A stretch of DNA of 64,000 bases, taken from positions 475,643-539,642 of the forward strand of contig NZ_CP047901.1 of the NCBI RefSeq assembly GCF_009936135.1, read 5' to 3'. Below the pieces are notes generated by a model. It was not told the origin of the DNA. It did not search any database and was given only the letters and a program-made list of their open reading frames with translations. Both the position numbers and the translations under genes were made by a program. This DNA comes from Candidatus Chazhemtobacterium aquaticus. Lineage in GTDB: Bacteria > Patescibacteriota > Microgenomatia > UBA1400 > Chazhemtobacteraceae. Positions 37,626 to 46,639 of this stretch are shown piece by piece. The first letter of the stretch is position 1, and each line of letters starts with the position of its first letter.

Positions 37626-39419
37626 CTACTGCTCAACCACTATGTAGTATCCGTTCTCAAACACCTTATCTTCCCTGTCTATCCTCCTCAAGTTATCCTG
37701 CCCGTACTCAGCCTGTTTGTCGATTACTTCTCCTTTGTATTTACTCACCTCATATTCCTGTTTACCAAACCACTCAAAGTCAGGAGTTAGTTTCTTCTTG
37801 ATCGACAGAAAGTTTTCTAAGATCGGGAACTCAAAGTAAAACTTACCAGTCTTAATGTTCGGCCATCTGACTCCAACCAAGTGCTCTTCATCTACTTTTA
37901 ATCCAAGAAATTTTTCACCCTCAATACTTGAGTAGCGGATATCGGGTATTAGTTGAGTCGCTCTAACTATCCACTCCTTAACACAGCTATACGGCTCCTT
38001 GTATCCGCCAGCCAATCCAAAACAACCTCGTTCCTCTGGATTAGTTTCATCAGTAATTTTCTCAGGGATCTCTCCTGGCTTGAATCCTTCAAAAACAGGC
38101 TCTTCCTTTTTAAGCTTAATTGTCTTGTCTTCGAATCTAATTACATAACCATCCTCAATCTCTTGTATCTCAAAGCCATCACTCTTACCCAAGACTATTT
38201 GATTTCCCAAAGCCACCTCATCTACTAATGCAGGGACTAGACGACTTAAGTTATGCCGTCCATCCCTTCTTACCTGGTCGTTATCACGCCACAAGTTCTG
38301 GTGATAGTAGCGATAGTCCTTTAAGATCACCTGATTGTCCTCCACAAACAAACCCAACCGGTAATCAGGAGACATGTACCAGTATGATTCGTAAGTTTTG
38401 CTAGGTTGGCTTGAAACAAGTAGAGTAGCGGACTCACTCGTTTTTTCTCGGTAAAAACGGTTAAAATCACTCATTGTCACCACTTTAAAGTCTTCTCCCT
38501 CCATTTCTTTTAGAGTTTCCAGTTGTCGGGATAGTTCTGCCAAAAAGACCTCATTTACCTCGCCCACCTCCAGGCCAATCACTACCTGAGACACACTCCC
38601 TTTTACATTAATGGTTAAGTCATTAAGCAGCCTTACAAAGTAGTCGTGGGGCAACCCCTTGCCTCGGTTATAGTCGTTTACCTGCAAACTGAAGTTACTA
38701 AACTCCACACTATCTCCAAAGCTTAAAGTTGGTTCTCTTGGTGCCCACAATATCTTTACTACCCCGCTGTTATCTTCCTCGTGTTTAGCTGGCTCAATCG
38801 CTGACTTCTTGCTTACGTAATATGGTTGGTTAATATATTGTCCCCAGGTTTGGTAGCCATCGGTTGAGTACTGATCAGCTAGCCCCAGGACCACCTCAGC
38901 CCCATATTTCTCTCTGATGTACTCCATCGTGTATCCATCCACATACCAGCAGCCATAGGCTTTAGGGTACTCACCAAATTTTTCCCTAAATTTATTAAAC
39001 GCCTCATCAACTAGCTTCCTTCTTTCCTCTAAGGTGTATCCAGAACTAAACAACTTATCTGCCGCACTCCAGTGTTCTTCCTCCCAGTCAAATTTAACCC
39101 TTGCTTCCTCTGCCCATCTTCTGGTCACCTCTAAAAACAGCCCGATTTCCTGGTTATCTGGTAGGTTAGTCAGCTCCTTCATCAGGTAGTTGTCGACTAA
39201 CACATCATAGTGAATCAGCCAGGTTGCTGGCAACTCGCTTTCAATCACCACATTCCTTAAATCATCAAAATGTTTAGTATCACACCCCTCCCTCCAGTAA
39301 CTACAATCTCTAACAGGAAATACTGGTGTCACCATGTTCAACTCGGCCGCTCTTGCCTCAGTAGTCAGCAGTAGCATTAATCCCAGTAACAAAGCCGTCA
39401 CACCACTTCTCTTGTTCAT
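37626..39419 (-). CDS. secreted protein with a NodB/GH38-57-like (beta/alpha) barrel, possible glycoside hydrolase/deacetylase
   Basis: Signal peptide 'MNKRSGVTALLLGLMLLLTTEARA', then 'LPATWL', 'QEIGLFLE' and 'GYTLEERRKLVD...FGEYPKAYGCW'. ATG 39419 lies 6 nt after TATGAT. Confidence 0.6.
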   Translation of the reverse strand: MNKRSGVTALLLGLMLLLTTEARAAELNMVTPVFPVRDCSYWREGCDTKHFDDLRNVVIESELPATWLIHYDVLVDNYLMKELTNLPDNQEIGLFLEVTRRWAEEARVKFDWEEEHWSAADKLFSSGYTLEERRKLVDEAFNKFREKFGEYPKAYGCWYVDGYTMEYIREKYGAEVVLGLADQYSTDGYQTWGQYINQPYYVSKKSAIEPAKHEEDNSGVVKILWAPREPTLSFGDSVEFSNFSLQVNDYNRGKGLPHDYFVRLLNDLTINVKGSVSQVVIGLEVGEVNEVFLAELSRQLETLKEMEGEDFKVVTMSDFNRFYREKTSESATLLVSSQPSKTYESYWYMSPDYRLGLFVEDNQVILKDYRYYHQNLWRDNDQVRRDGRHNLSRLVPALVDEVALGNQIVLGKSDGFEIQEIEDGYVIRFEDKTIKLKKEEPVFEGFKPGEIPEKITDETNPEERGCFGLAGGYKEPYSCVKEWIVRATQLIPDIRYSSIEGEKFLGLKVDEEHLVGVRWPNIKTGKFYFEFPILENFLSIKKKLTPDFEWFGKQEYEVSKYKGEVIDKQAEYGQDNLRRIDREDKVFENGYYIVVEQ

Positions 39420-39476
39420 GACCATATCATACCTTTTAATAACACTAATTTTTCTTGTTAGGATATAATCCAACCC

Positions 39477-40502
39477 ATGCCCCAAAAAAAGAAAATAGCA
39501 TTCATTACCGGTGTCACCGGACAAGACGGCTCATATCTCGCCGAGTTTCTCTTGAACAAAAATTATCATGTCTACGGTCTGCTTCGTCGTAAAAGCAAAC
39601 CCGACCTAGGCAACGCCGCCCACTTACTTCATCACATCGACCTAGCTTATGGAGATCTCTCTGACCAGTCGTGTCTTAATATGTATATCTCCAAGATCAA
39701 GCCCGATGAGATCTACAATCTGGGCGCCCAGTCCCATGTTCACGAGTCCTGGCATCAGCCTCTAGCTACTGCTGATCAAACCGGCATGGGAGCTCTCCGC
39801 ATCTTCGAAGCCGTCCGCAATCTTCACCCCAAAGCCAAGGTCTATCAAGCCAGCACTAGCGAACTATATGGCGAAACCACCATTACCCCCCAAGACGAAA
39901 ACACCTCTATTCATCCTGCCAACCCCTATGCTGCAGCCAAGGCGTTAGCTCACTTTGACGCTCAGATTTACCGTCGCTCTTTTGGTCTCTTCATCTCCAC
40001 TGGCATTCTCTTCAATCACGAGAGTCCCAGGCGCAGTCCTGACTTTGTTACCCGCAAAGTTACTCTTGCCGCTGCCACAATCAAATTAGGGTTAAAGAAA
40101 AACATCCCCTTAGGTCAGGGTGGTGACCCCATCATCAACAAAGACGGCAAACTAGAGTTAGGTAGCCTTGATGCCAAGCGTGACTGGGGTTTTGCCGGCG
40201 ATTACGTTAAGGCCATGTGGATGATGCTTCAACACGATACTCCTGATGACTTTGTCGTTGCCACTGGTAAGGTTCACACAGTTAAGGACCTGGCCCGCAC
40301 AGCCTTCAAGCAAGTTGGCCTAAACTGGAAAGATCACGTTGTCATCAATCCCAAATGGGTTCGTCCTACCGAGACCGGCCCCTTAGTCGGTGACGCTAGC
40401 AAGATCAAAAAGACCTTGGGTTGGCAGGCCGAAACCTCTTTTGAACAGCTAATCTCTATGATGGTCAAACACGACCTTGAGTTGCTCAAACAGCAAAAAT
40501 AG
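39477..40502 (+). CDS. gmd: GDP-mannose 4,6-dehydratase
   Basis: 'FITGVTGQDGSYLAE', 'YNLGAQSHV', 'YQASTSELYG', 'YAAAK', 'LFNHESPRR', 'FVTRK' and 'RDWG'. Confidence 0.93.
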   Translation: MPQKKKIAFITGVTGQDGSYLAEFLLNKNYHVYGLLRRKSKPDLGNAAHLLHHIDLAYGDLSDQSCLNMYISKIKPDEIYNLGAQSHVHESWHQPLATADQTGMGALRIFEAVRNLHPKAKVYQASTSELYGETTITPQDENTSIHPANPYAAAKALAHFDAQIYRRSFGLFISTGILFNHESPRRSPDFVTRKVTLAAATIKLGLKKNIPLGQGGDPIINKDGKLELGSLDAKRDWGFAGDYVKAMWMMLQHDTPDDFVVATGKVHTVKDLARTAFKQVGLNWKDHVVINPKWVRPTETGPLVGDASKIKKTLGWQAETSFEQLISMMVKHDLELLKQQK

Positions 40503-40526
40503 TTCCCCACCTGCTAGAATCAAACT

Positions 40527-41768
40527 GTGATCGGCAAGATAAAGACTTTACTTTTTTCTGACACCTCCCGGGATACTGCTGTCATTATGGGTGGCAACCT
40601 AGCTGTTGCTTTAGGTGGCACCCTATTTACCATTGTCGTTGCCAGGAGTCTCTCTCCGATTAACTTTGGCATCTTTTCCGCCATCTTTGCTTTAGCTACC
40701 TTGTTTAGTTCCCTTGCTGACTTAGGTATCTCCTCAGCGCTTATAAACTTCCTTCCCAAGGTTAAAGGTGGTCGCTCCACCATCATCTCTGTCACTTTTT
40801 GGATGCAGTTAGGAATTGCCCTTCTTCTTAGCTCTCTGTCCCTTGGCTTCCTCCCCATTCGTCAGGACACGCTGCCAGGTGCTCAGTCACTTCACATTAT
40901 CTATCTCTCCATCCTCATCATTCCCCTAGTCTTTGAAAGCTTTGCCCTCGCTATCTTAAAGGCCGAGAAACGCTTCTTCTTTGTCTCCCTCATCATGACC
41001 CTAGACTCCTGGATGAAACTGATTCTTACCTACTTACTCCTGCGCTTCAACCTTCTTGATATCTCCTCAGTCCTGCTTGCCTCCATTGCTGCTTCTTCTC
41101 TAGCTACTGCCTTTGCCATCTCCAAGGAGTTAAAATACGTTCGCCCCATTTTCCCCAAGGCTCAGGTTTCCCGCATTGTCCACTTTGCCAAATGGATTGC
41201 CTTGGTTCGAGTCTTTTCAGTTGGTATCTCTCGTATCGACATCATTCTCCTTAATGCCATTGGTAGTAGCTTTCAAGCTGGTATTTACGCCGCTTCCAGT
41301 CGCATCACCCTTCTATATGCCATGTTAGTCTCAAGCCTTGGCAGTGTGGTTGCTCCTCGCTTTTCTGCTTTTACCACCAAACAACAGGTCAAGGATTATA
41401 TCCTCAAGCTTCTCCTCCTCACTACCTTCTTTGCTCTGGGTATGATTGCCTTACTTGAGTTCGCTCCCTTAATCATTCGTATCGTTTATGGTGAGGCATA
41501 TCTTTCTACCGTTCCCATCTTCCGCTACCTCACCTACGCCATGATTCCCTTCCTTTACGCTACCGTCACCACCAACCCACTCATCTTCTATTTCAACAAA
41601 CCCAATTTTATAGCCTTTACCACCGTCATCCAGATCTTTATAATCGTCGCCCTAGATCTTGCCCTCATTCCCAGTTTCGGTGCTATCGCTCCCGCTATTT
41701 CTCTAGCTGTTTCCAACTCGGTCGTTCTTCTTCTTACTGGCTGGAAGTTGATTAGACTTCTTAAATGA
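40527..41768 (+). CDS. Wzx-type oligosaccharide flippase
   Basis: About 12 TM, with 'ARSLSPINFGIF', 'DLGI', 'RIDIILL...GIYAAS' and 'LIPSFGAIAPA'. Confidence 0.87.
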   Translation: MIGKIKTLLFSDTSRDTAVIMGGNLAVALGGTLFTIVVARSLSPINFGIFSAIFALATLFSSLADLGISSALINFLPKVKGGRSTIISVTFWMQLGIALLLSSLSLGFLPIRQDTLPGAQSLHIIYLSILIIPLVFESFALAILKAEKRFFFVSLIMTLDSWMKLILTYLLLRFNLLDISSVLLASIAASSLATAFAISKELKYVRPIFPKAQVSRIVHFAKWIALVRVFSVGISRIDIILLNAIGSSFQAGIYAASSRITLLYAMLVSSLGSVVAPRFSAFTTKQQVKDYILKLLLLTTFFALGMIALLEFAPLIIRIVYGEAYLSTVPIFRYLTYAMIPFLYATVTTNPLIFYFNKPNFIAFTTVIQIFIIVALDLALIPSFGAIAPAISLAVSNSVVLLLTGWKLIRLLK

Positions 41769-41787
41769 AAATGATTTAATAATATAT

Positions 41788-42108
41788 ATGGCCCTGACTC
41801 AAACAGATATCACTAAGCTTTCTAAAATATTTGCCACTAAGGAAGATCTTCGGAAAGCTCTTGCTCCCTACGCTACCAAGGAAGATCTTCGAAAAGCGCT
41901 TGCTCCCTACGCTACCAAGGAAGATCTAGAAAAGTATCTCACGGTTGACGAATTTCGTCAGTTTAAGGATGATGTTCTCACCGGTCTTGACAAAGTTATG
42001 GGTGAATTAAAAAAAATTAGAGAGGAACAAATCTTCATGCACAACAAAGTTTATCAGGATCACGAAAAAAGAATCACTCGCCTTGAACAAACCCAAAGCC
42101 TTGCCTAA
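41788..42108 (+). CDS. small coiled-coil protein with ATKEDL repeats
   Basis: 'ATKEDLRKALAPY' occurs twice plus a third 'ATKEDL', and the C-terminus 'DHEKRITRLE' is coiled-coil-like. Confidence 0.8.
   Translation: MALTQTDITKLSKIFATKEDLRKALAPYATKEDLRKALAPYATKEDLEKYLTVDEFRQFKDDVLTGLDKVMGELKKIREEQIFMHNKVYQDHEKRITRLEQTQSLA
41833..41927 (+). repeat. 39-bp in-frame tandem repeat, about 2.4 copies
   Basis: Units 41833-41871, 41872-41910 and a partial 41911-41927. The first two units differ only at synonymous positions. Confidence 0.9.
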
Positions 42109-42931
42109 GAGCAAAATCATCGTCCACTGTTTAGTCAAAAACGAAGAGCGTTTCATCTGGTATGCCCTTCAGTCGACCCTTCCTTATGTTGACCACATCA
42201 TGGTTTGTGACACTGGCTCAACCGACAAGACCCTTGATATTATCCGTTCCATTAAGTCTTCCAAGATCTCACTTAAGACCTTTAAATCTGTCTCAGCTAC
42301 TACTCATACCAAACTTCGCCAACAGATGCTGCAAGCTACACCAAAAGGTAAGTATGACTGGCTTATGATCTTAGATGGTGATGAGGTCTGGCCTGAAAAA
42401 TCAATTAAAAAAGTTCTTAAATACCTATCATCCCATCAAGATGTTGGCGCTCTTGTTGTTAAAACCACCAATGTAGTAGGGGACATCTACCACGCTTTAC
42501 CAGAATCCGCCGGCCAGTATGTCATAGCTGGTCGCAAAGGTAACTTTAATATCAGATTCATCAATCTAAAACTTCCAGGGCTTACTATTAATCATCCTCA
42601 TGGTCGTCAGACCTACACCACCAAGGGCATCCCTCTTCAGCAACTTTCCCCCTCACAACTCCACTTCCTTGACGTTGCATATATCCACACCACCCATCTC
42701 GTCAGATCAAGCCTTGATCAAAAAACCCTCAAAAGATCATTTAAGTTTAAATACGAGTTGGGCAACCAACTTGATCCAAAAGACTTACCTCAAGTCTTCT
42801 TCCAGGATCATCCTTCTTTAGTTCCTGATGTCACCACCCCAATGACATATACCTTTTTCCTAAAAGCCCTCATTCTCACTCCCATCAAAAGGCTTCGCCG
42901 CGCCCTAATTACCCCACCATCTGGTTACTAG
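42101..42931 (+). CDS. GT2 family glycosyltransferase
   Basis: 'VKNEERF', 'DTGSTDKT' and 'WLMILDGDE'. Start is TTG 42101 or 42083. Confidence 0.85.
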   Translation: MPKSKIIVHCLVKNEERFIWYALQSTLPYVDHIMVCDTGSTDKTLDIIRSIKSSKISLKTFKSVSATTHTKLRQQMLQATPKGKYDWLMILDGDEVWPEKSIKKVLKYLSSHQDVGALVVKTTNVVGDIYHALPESAGQYVIAGRKGNFNIRFINLKLPGLTINHPHGRQTYTTKGIPLQQLSPSQLHFLDVAYIHTTHLVRSSLDQKTLKRSFKFKYELGNQLDPKDLPQVFFQDHPSLVPDVTTPMTYTFFLKALILTPIKRLRRALITPPSGY

Positions 42932-42932
42932 T

Positions 42933-43700
42933 ATGTCTCGTGATCAAAAATACTATCAACTAGCCCGTCAAGCTAGTCTAGAAATCGGTTCTCATCCTGG
43001 ATTAAAACAACTCCAACAAATAGCTCGTCGCAGTAAAAACATTCTTGATTTCGGTTGTGGGGAAGGTACTCGGCTTAACACTTTATTGGGTGATAACCAA
43101 CAGGGTCACGGAGTTGATATCAATCGTTTTGCCATTTCTTCAGCCAAAAAACAATATCCTCGCCACCACTTCAAACGCTACTCCGGTCAACGGCTGCCCT
43201 ACCAGGACAACACCTTTGATCTAGTTTACTCAGCCTTTGTGCTAGAGCACACCACCGATCCAGAAGTGGTTATTAAAGAAATGATTCGAGTTACCAAGCC
43301 CAATGGCAAGTTGGTTATCTTATGTCCCAATTTCGGCGCCCCCAACAGGCGTTCACCCAACTCTGTAAAAAACCCTATCACCAAGTTAATCACCGGCTTG
43401 ATTCACGATTTCCTTCCTCCATCACCAGAACACCTGCCCTGGACCTTTGTTAATCCTAAAGATACTTACGATCAACCAGACGATGACACCACCGTCGAGC
43501 CATATCTACTTTCTTTAAAGAGATACTTAACTAATCAAAGAATGCTTGTTGATACCAGCTCCAGTCTCTGGTCTCAGGAATTGACGACCAAGAATCCTCG
43601 CAAACTACTTTTTAAGTTTCTAGGAGAACGTAGTCTTTTTCCCTTCAACTTTTGGGGACCGCAAGTTTTTATCATCGCTACCAAGCCAGCAGATATATAA
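42933..43700 (+). CDS. class I SAM-dependent methyltransferase
   Basis: 'ILDFGCGEG', 'GVDI', 'LPYQDNTFDLV...VLEH' and 'RVTKPNG'. Confidence 0.88.
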   Translation: MSRDQKYYQLARQASLEIGSHPGLKQLQQIARRSKNILDFGCGEGTRLNTLLGDNQQGHGVDINRFAISSAKKQYPRHHFKRYSGQRLPYQDNTFDLVYSAFVLEHTTDPEVVIKEMIRVTKPNGKLVILCPNFGAPNRRSPNSVKNPITKLITGLIHDFLPPSPEHLPWTFVNPKDTYDQPDDDTTVEPYLLSLKRYLTNQRMLVDTSSSLWSQELTTKNPRKLLFKFLGERSLFPFNFWGPQVFIIATKPADI

Positions 43701-43708
43701 TCAAAGCC

Positions 43709-44452
43709 ATGCCCCTAACTGACCAGGATCTTATCAGCAAATTTAAACTAAAACCCTCTGATCGCATTCTTGATATTGGCGGTGGTAGTAAGCAGCATGA
43801 TCAGATCAACATTCATACCTTAGTAGATATTCTTCCACCAGAAAAGGCTCCCTACACCTACGCTTCTAAGCTAAAAGCTCGCCACTTCGTTCAACTAAAC
43901 ATAGAAACTGATCCACTCCCCTTTCCTGACAATCAATTTGACTTTGTTCTCTGTACTCACACCCTTGAGGATCTTCACTCACCCCTTCACATCATTAAAG
44001 AAATGTCTCGTGTTGGTAAAAAAGGCTACATTGCCACCCCTTCAAGAGGGATTGATATGGTCTTTACAGACTTTGATATCACCAACTGGCTAACTGGCGC
44101 CCGTCGTGTTCCTGGACTAGCCCATCACAAATGGTTTTTTGAGAACAAAAAAGGAGTGCTCCATCTTACTCCCAAAAACTATCCATTGCTTTACTCGTCC
44201 GAGTTTCAATATGTTGACTGGTCCGGGCCGGACGAGTGTCAGTATTCCTGGCAAAAACAAATTAACATCAAATACGATCCCAAACTAGACATCGATATTC
44301 ATTTACTTATCAAAAACTACCGCCGCTTTATCTCACAAAACCAAAACCATCTGCGCAAAGCCACCACCAATATCTTTATTGACGATCCCATTACCGTCGC
44401 CAAAGCTTATTTAAAACTCCTCCTAAAGCGGGGAGTTGGTTTCCGACAATGA
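43709..44452 (+). CDS. class I SAM-dependent methyltransferase
   Basis: 'ILDIGGG', 'LPFPDNQFDFVLCTHTLED' and 'EMSRVGKKGYI..P'. ATG 43709 lies 7 nt after TATAAT. Confidence 0.82.
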   Translation: MPLTDQDLISKFKLKPSDRILDIGGGSKQHDQINIHTLVDILPPEKAPYTYASKLKARHFVQLNIETDPLPFPDNQFDFVLCTHTLEDLHSPLHIIKEMSRVGKKGYIATPSRGIDMVFTDFDITNWLTGARRVPGLAHHKWFFENKKGVLHLTPKNYPLLYSSEFQYVDWSGPDECQYSWQKQINIKYDPKLDIDIHLLIKNYRRFISQNQNHLRKATTNIFIDDPITVAKAYLKLLLKRGVGFRQ

Positions 44453-45540
44453 AAATCGCTTTCTTAAGTTTCTACTCTGGCCATCTTAACCGCGGTGTCG
44501 AAACCTATCTTGATCAACTTGCCACTCGATTGAGTCCTCATCACCAGGTCACCGTCTATCAATCAGGACCAAAGGTAAATAGCAGAGCATTCACCACCCA
44601 TGTCATCCCCGTTAAGATATCTAGCTCATCTAATGATCTACCAGCTACTCACCTCACCAAGCGTTTATTTATCGACCACTCCAAAAGACAAGAGTTTATT
44701 TTCTTTTTAAAAGTCTTACCCTATCTGCTTAAGAACAACTACGATATTATCTATCCCCTAAACTCCGGTTGGCCCATTCCCATTCTTCGCCTTCTCACCA
44801 TAATTACCCAAGACAAACTGGTTCTTGCTGGACACTCTGGTCCGGGTTGGGACGACCGTTGGAATCTTCTCTTCCGTCCCGACCTCTTTATTTGCTTCAC
44901 CTCTGCCCAACTAGCCTGGGCAAAAAAAGCCTCACCCTGGCCCAATCAGCGCTTAGTTTATCTTCCTCACGCTGTCGATACCCGCATTTTCTCGCCCTGG
45001 GGACCAATCCGAAACCTTAAATTACAAAGACCTATAATAATAAATGTTGCTGCCTCCACCAAGGAGAAAAGGGTAGAGCAGGGGATACGTGCCGTCGCCA
45101 GGCTAAAACGAGGCTCTTTTATCCATCTAGGCCAGGGACCCTTAGACGAAAGAATCAATAATTTAGGCTATAAGCTGCTTGGTAAATCCCGCTTTTTACA
45201 CACCCTAGTTCCTCATCAACAGATACCTGATTACTACCGCTCCGCCGATCTATTTACCTTCTGTCCTTATGATCGGGAAGCCTTTGGTTTGGTATATCTT
45301 GAAGCCCTTGCTTCCAATCTGCCTGTGGTTGCCACCAACGACCCTATTAGAAAAGAAATCATTGGCAAAGCCGGCCTCTATGTCACCAATCCGCAAGATG
45401 TTGATGAGTACGCTTCAGTTTTAAAACAAGCTCTTGCTAAAAAATGGGGCAGTCAACCCAGAAGGCAAGCCCAAAAATTCTCCTGGGACAAAATAACCGA
45501 CCAGTACCTTAAGCTCTTTAATCAACTTGTGTCCTCATAA
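44449..45540 (+). CDS. GT4 family glycosyltransferase
   Basis: 'MKIAF...GVE', 'EKR', 'EAFGLVYLEALA..LPVV' and 'FSW'. Confidence 0.9.
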   Translation: MKIAFLSFYSGHLNRGVETYLDQLATRLSPHHQVTVYQSGPKVNSRAFTTHVIPVKISSSSNDLPATHLTKRLFIDHSKRQEFIFFLKVLPYLLKNNYDIIYPLNSGWPIPILRLLTIITQDKLVLAGHSGPGWDDRWNLLFRPDLFICFTSAQLAWAKKASPWPNQRLVYLPHAVDTRIFSPWGPIRNLKLQRPIIINVAASTKEKRVEQGIRAVARLKRGSFIHLGQGPLDERINNLGYKLLGKSRFLHTLVPHQQIPDYYRSADLFTFCPYDREAFGLVYLEALASNLPVVATNDPIRKEIIGKAGLYVTNPQDVDEYASVLKQALAKKWGSQPRRQAQKFSWDKITDQYLKLFNQLVSS

Positions 45541-45575
45541 TTCATATTTATATTCTCTTATCAATAAAATCGTTA

Positions 45576-45605
45576 TTGACAAACAAATGACAAGTAAAGT
45601 AGTCT
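45576..45605 (+). promoter_or_regulatory. putative sigma70 promoter (leaderless)
   Basis: TTGACA (45576-45581), N18, TAGTCT (45600-45605), N6, ATG 45612. Confidence 0.5.
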
Positions 45606-45611
45606 AAGTTT

Positions 45612-45815
45612 ATGAAAAGTAGACGTCAGCTAAACTCTACTACCTACCTCCTCCTAGCTGCCCTTGCCGCCTTTATCTCTCTGGCCATTGTTCTCTACTC
45701 TTCCACCATTACCGATGTTAAACCCACCCCACCCCAGACAGTGTTAGGCGCTAGTAGCGATCGTCCCAGCAGCTTAAAACAAGCCGTTCTGGAACTCTTC
45801 TCCTCCTCGCGCTAA
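45612..45815 (+). CDS. small single-TM protein
   Basis: Basic N-terminus, one TM, then 'PTPPQTVLGA'. It has its own candidate promoter. Confidence 0.6.
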   Translation: MKSRRQLNSTTYLLLAALAAFISLAIVLYSSTITDVKPTPPQTVLGASSDRPSSLKQAVLELFSSSR

Positions 45816-45824
45816 GATTCACTC

Positions 45825-46559
45825 ATGAAACTAACCGTTGTTATTCCCGCTCTTAATGAGCAGCAGGACTTACCCCGCACCCTTGACTCGCTAAAGTTTG
45901 CCGATGAAGTCTTGGTCATCGACTCAGGTTCCACCGACCAGACTGTTAGTCTTGCTAAAAAAGCCGGAGCCAGAGTTCTCCATCATTCATTTAAGAACTT
46001 CGCCGACACCAGAAACTTTGCCGACAGCCAAGCCAAAAACGACTTCATCCTTTCCATCGAGGCTGACGTGGTCGTTCCCAAACAGTTAGCCCAGGAAATT
46101 GCTTCTCTACCTGATACCCCAGCTGCCTATCGTATTGGCCGGGTCAACATTATCTTTGGTAAGCCCATTCTTCACACCGACTGGGGACCTAAAGACGACA
46201 ACCATATCCGTCTATACCATCGCTCCCTTGGCTCCTGGGGTGGCCAGGTTCATGAGCTATTTGCGACTAACTCTCGCCCCCATCATCTCCGTCATCATCT
46301 GCTTCACTACAACTACAACCATGTCTCCGAGTTTATCGACAAGATCAACACCTACTCTGATCTGGAAGTTAAAAAAAGACTCGCTCGTCACCAGTCCTTT
46401 TCCTACCTCAATTTATTTCTAGAGCCCACCAAAGACTTCATCAAGCGCTACTTCTACAAACTAGGTTTCCTGGATGGCCTCCACGGCTTCTTTTTAAGCC
46501 TGCTTCAAGCCATCTACTATCTTACTGTCAACATCAAGCTCAAGTCAGCCTCGACTTGA
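45825..46559 (+). CDS. GT2 glycosyltransferase (WaaE-like)
   Basis: 'PALNE', 'IDSGSTDQT', 'RNFA', 'SIEAD', 'VHE' and 'GFLDG.HG'. Confidence 0.87.
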   Translation: MKLTVVIPALNEQQDLPRTLDSLKFADEVLVIDSGSTDQTVSLAKKAGARVLHHSFKNFADTRNFADSQAKNDFILSIEADVVVPKQLAQEIASLPDTPAAYRIGRVNIIFGKPILHTDWGPKDDNHIRLYHRSLGSWGGQVHELFATNSRPHHLRHHLLHYNYNHVSEFIDKINTYSDLEVKKRLARHQSFSYLNLFLEPTKDFIKRYFYKLGFLDGLHGFFLSLLQAIYYLTVNIKLKSAST

Positions 46560-46639
46560 GTCTATTTGACACTTACTTTGACCCCATTCGCTATACTTGA
46601 GCTAATCAAATACCTGCCCTATTACTACATACAAGACCT

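Noticed and set aside
39420-39524. Extended ORF-track starts, here and at 8684, 12774, 43652, 53774 and 58376
   Set aside because: They overlap neighbouring genes, and downstream ATGs fit stop/start coupling or -10 spacing better.
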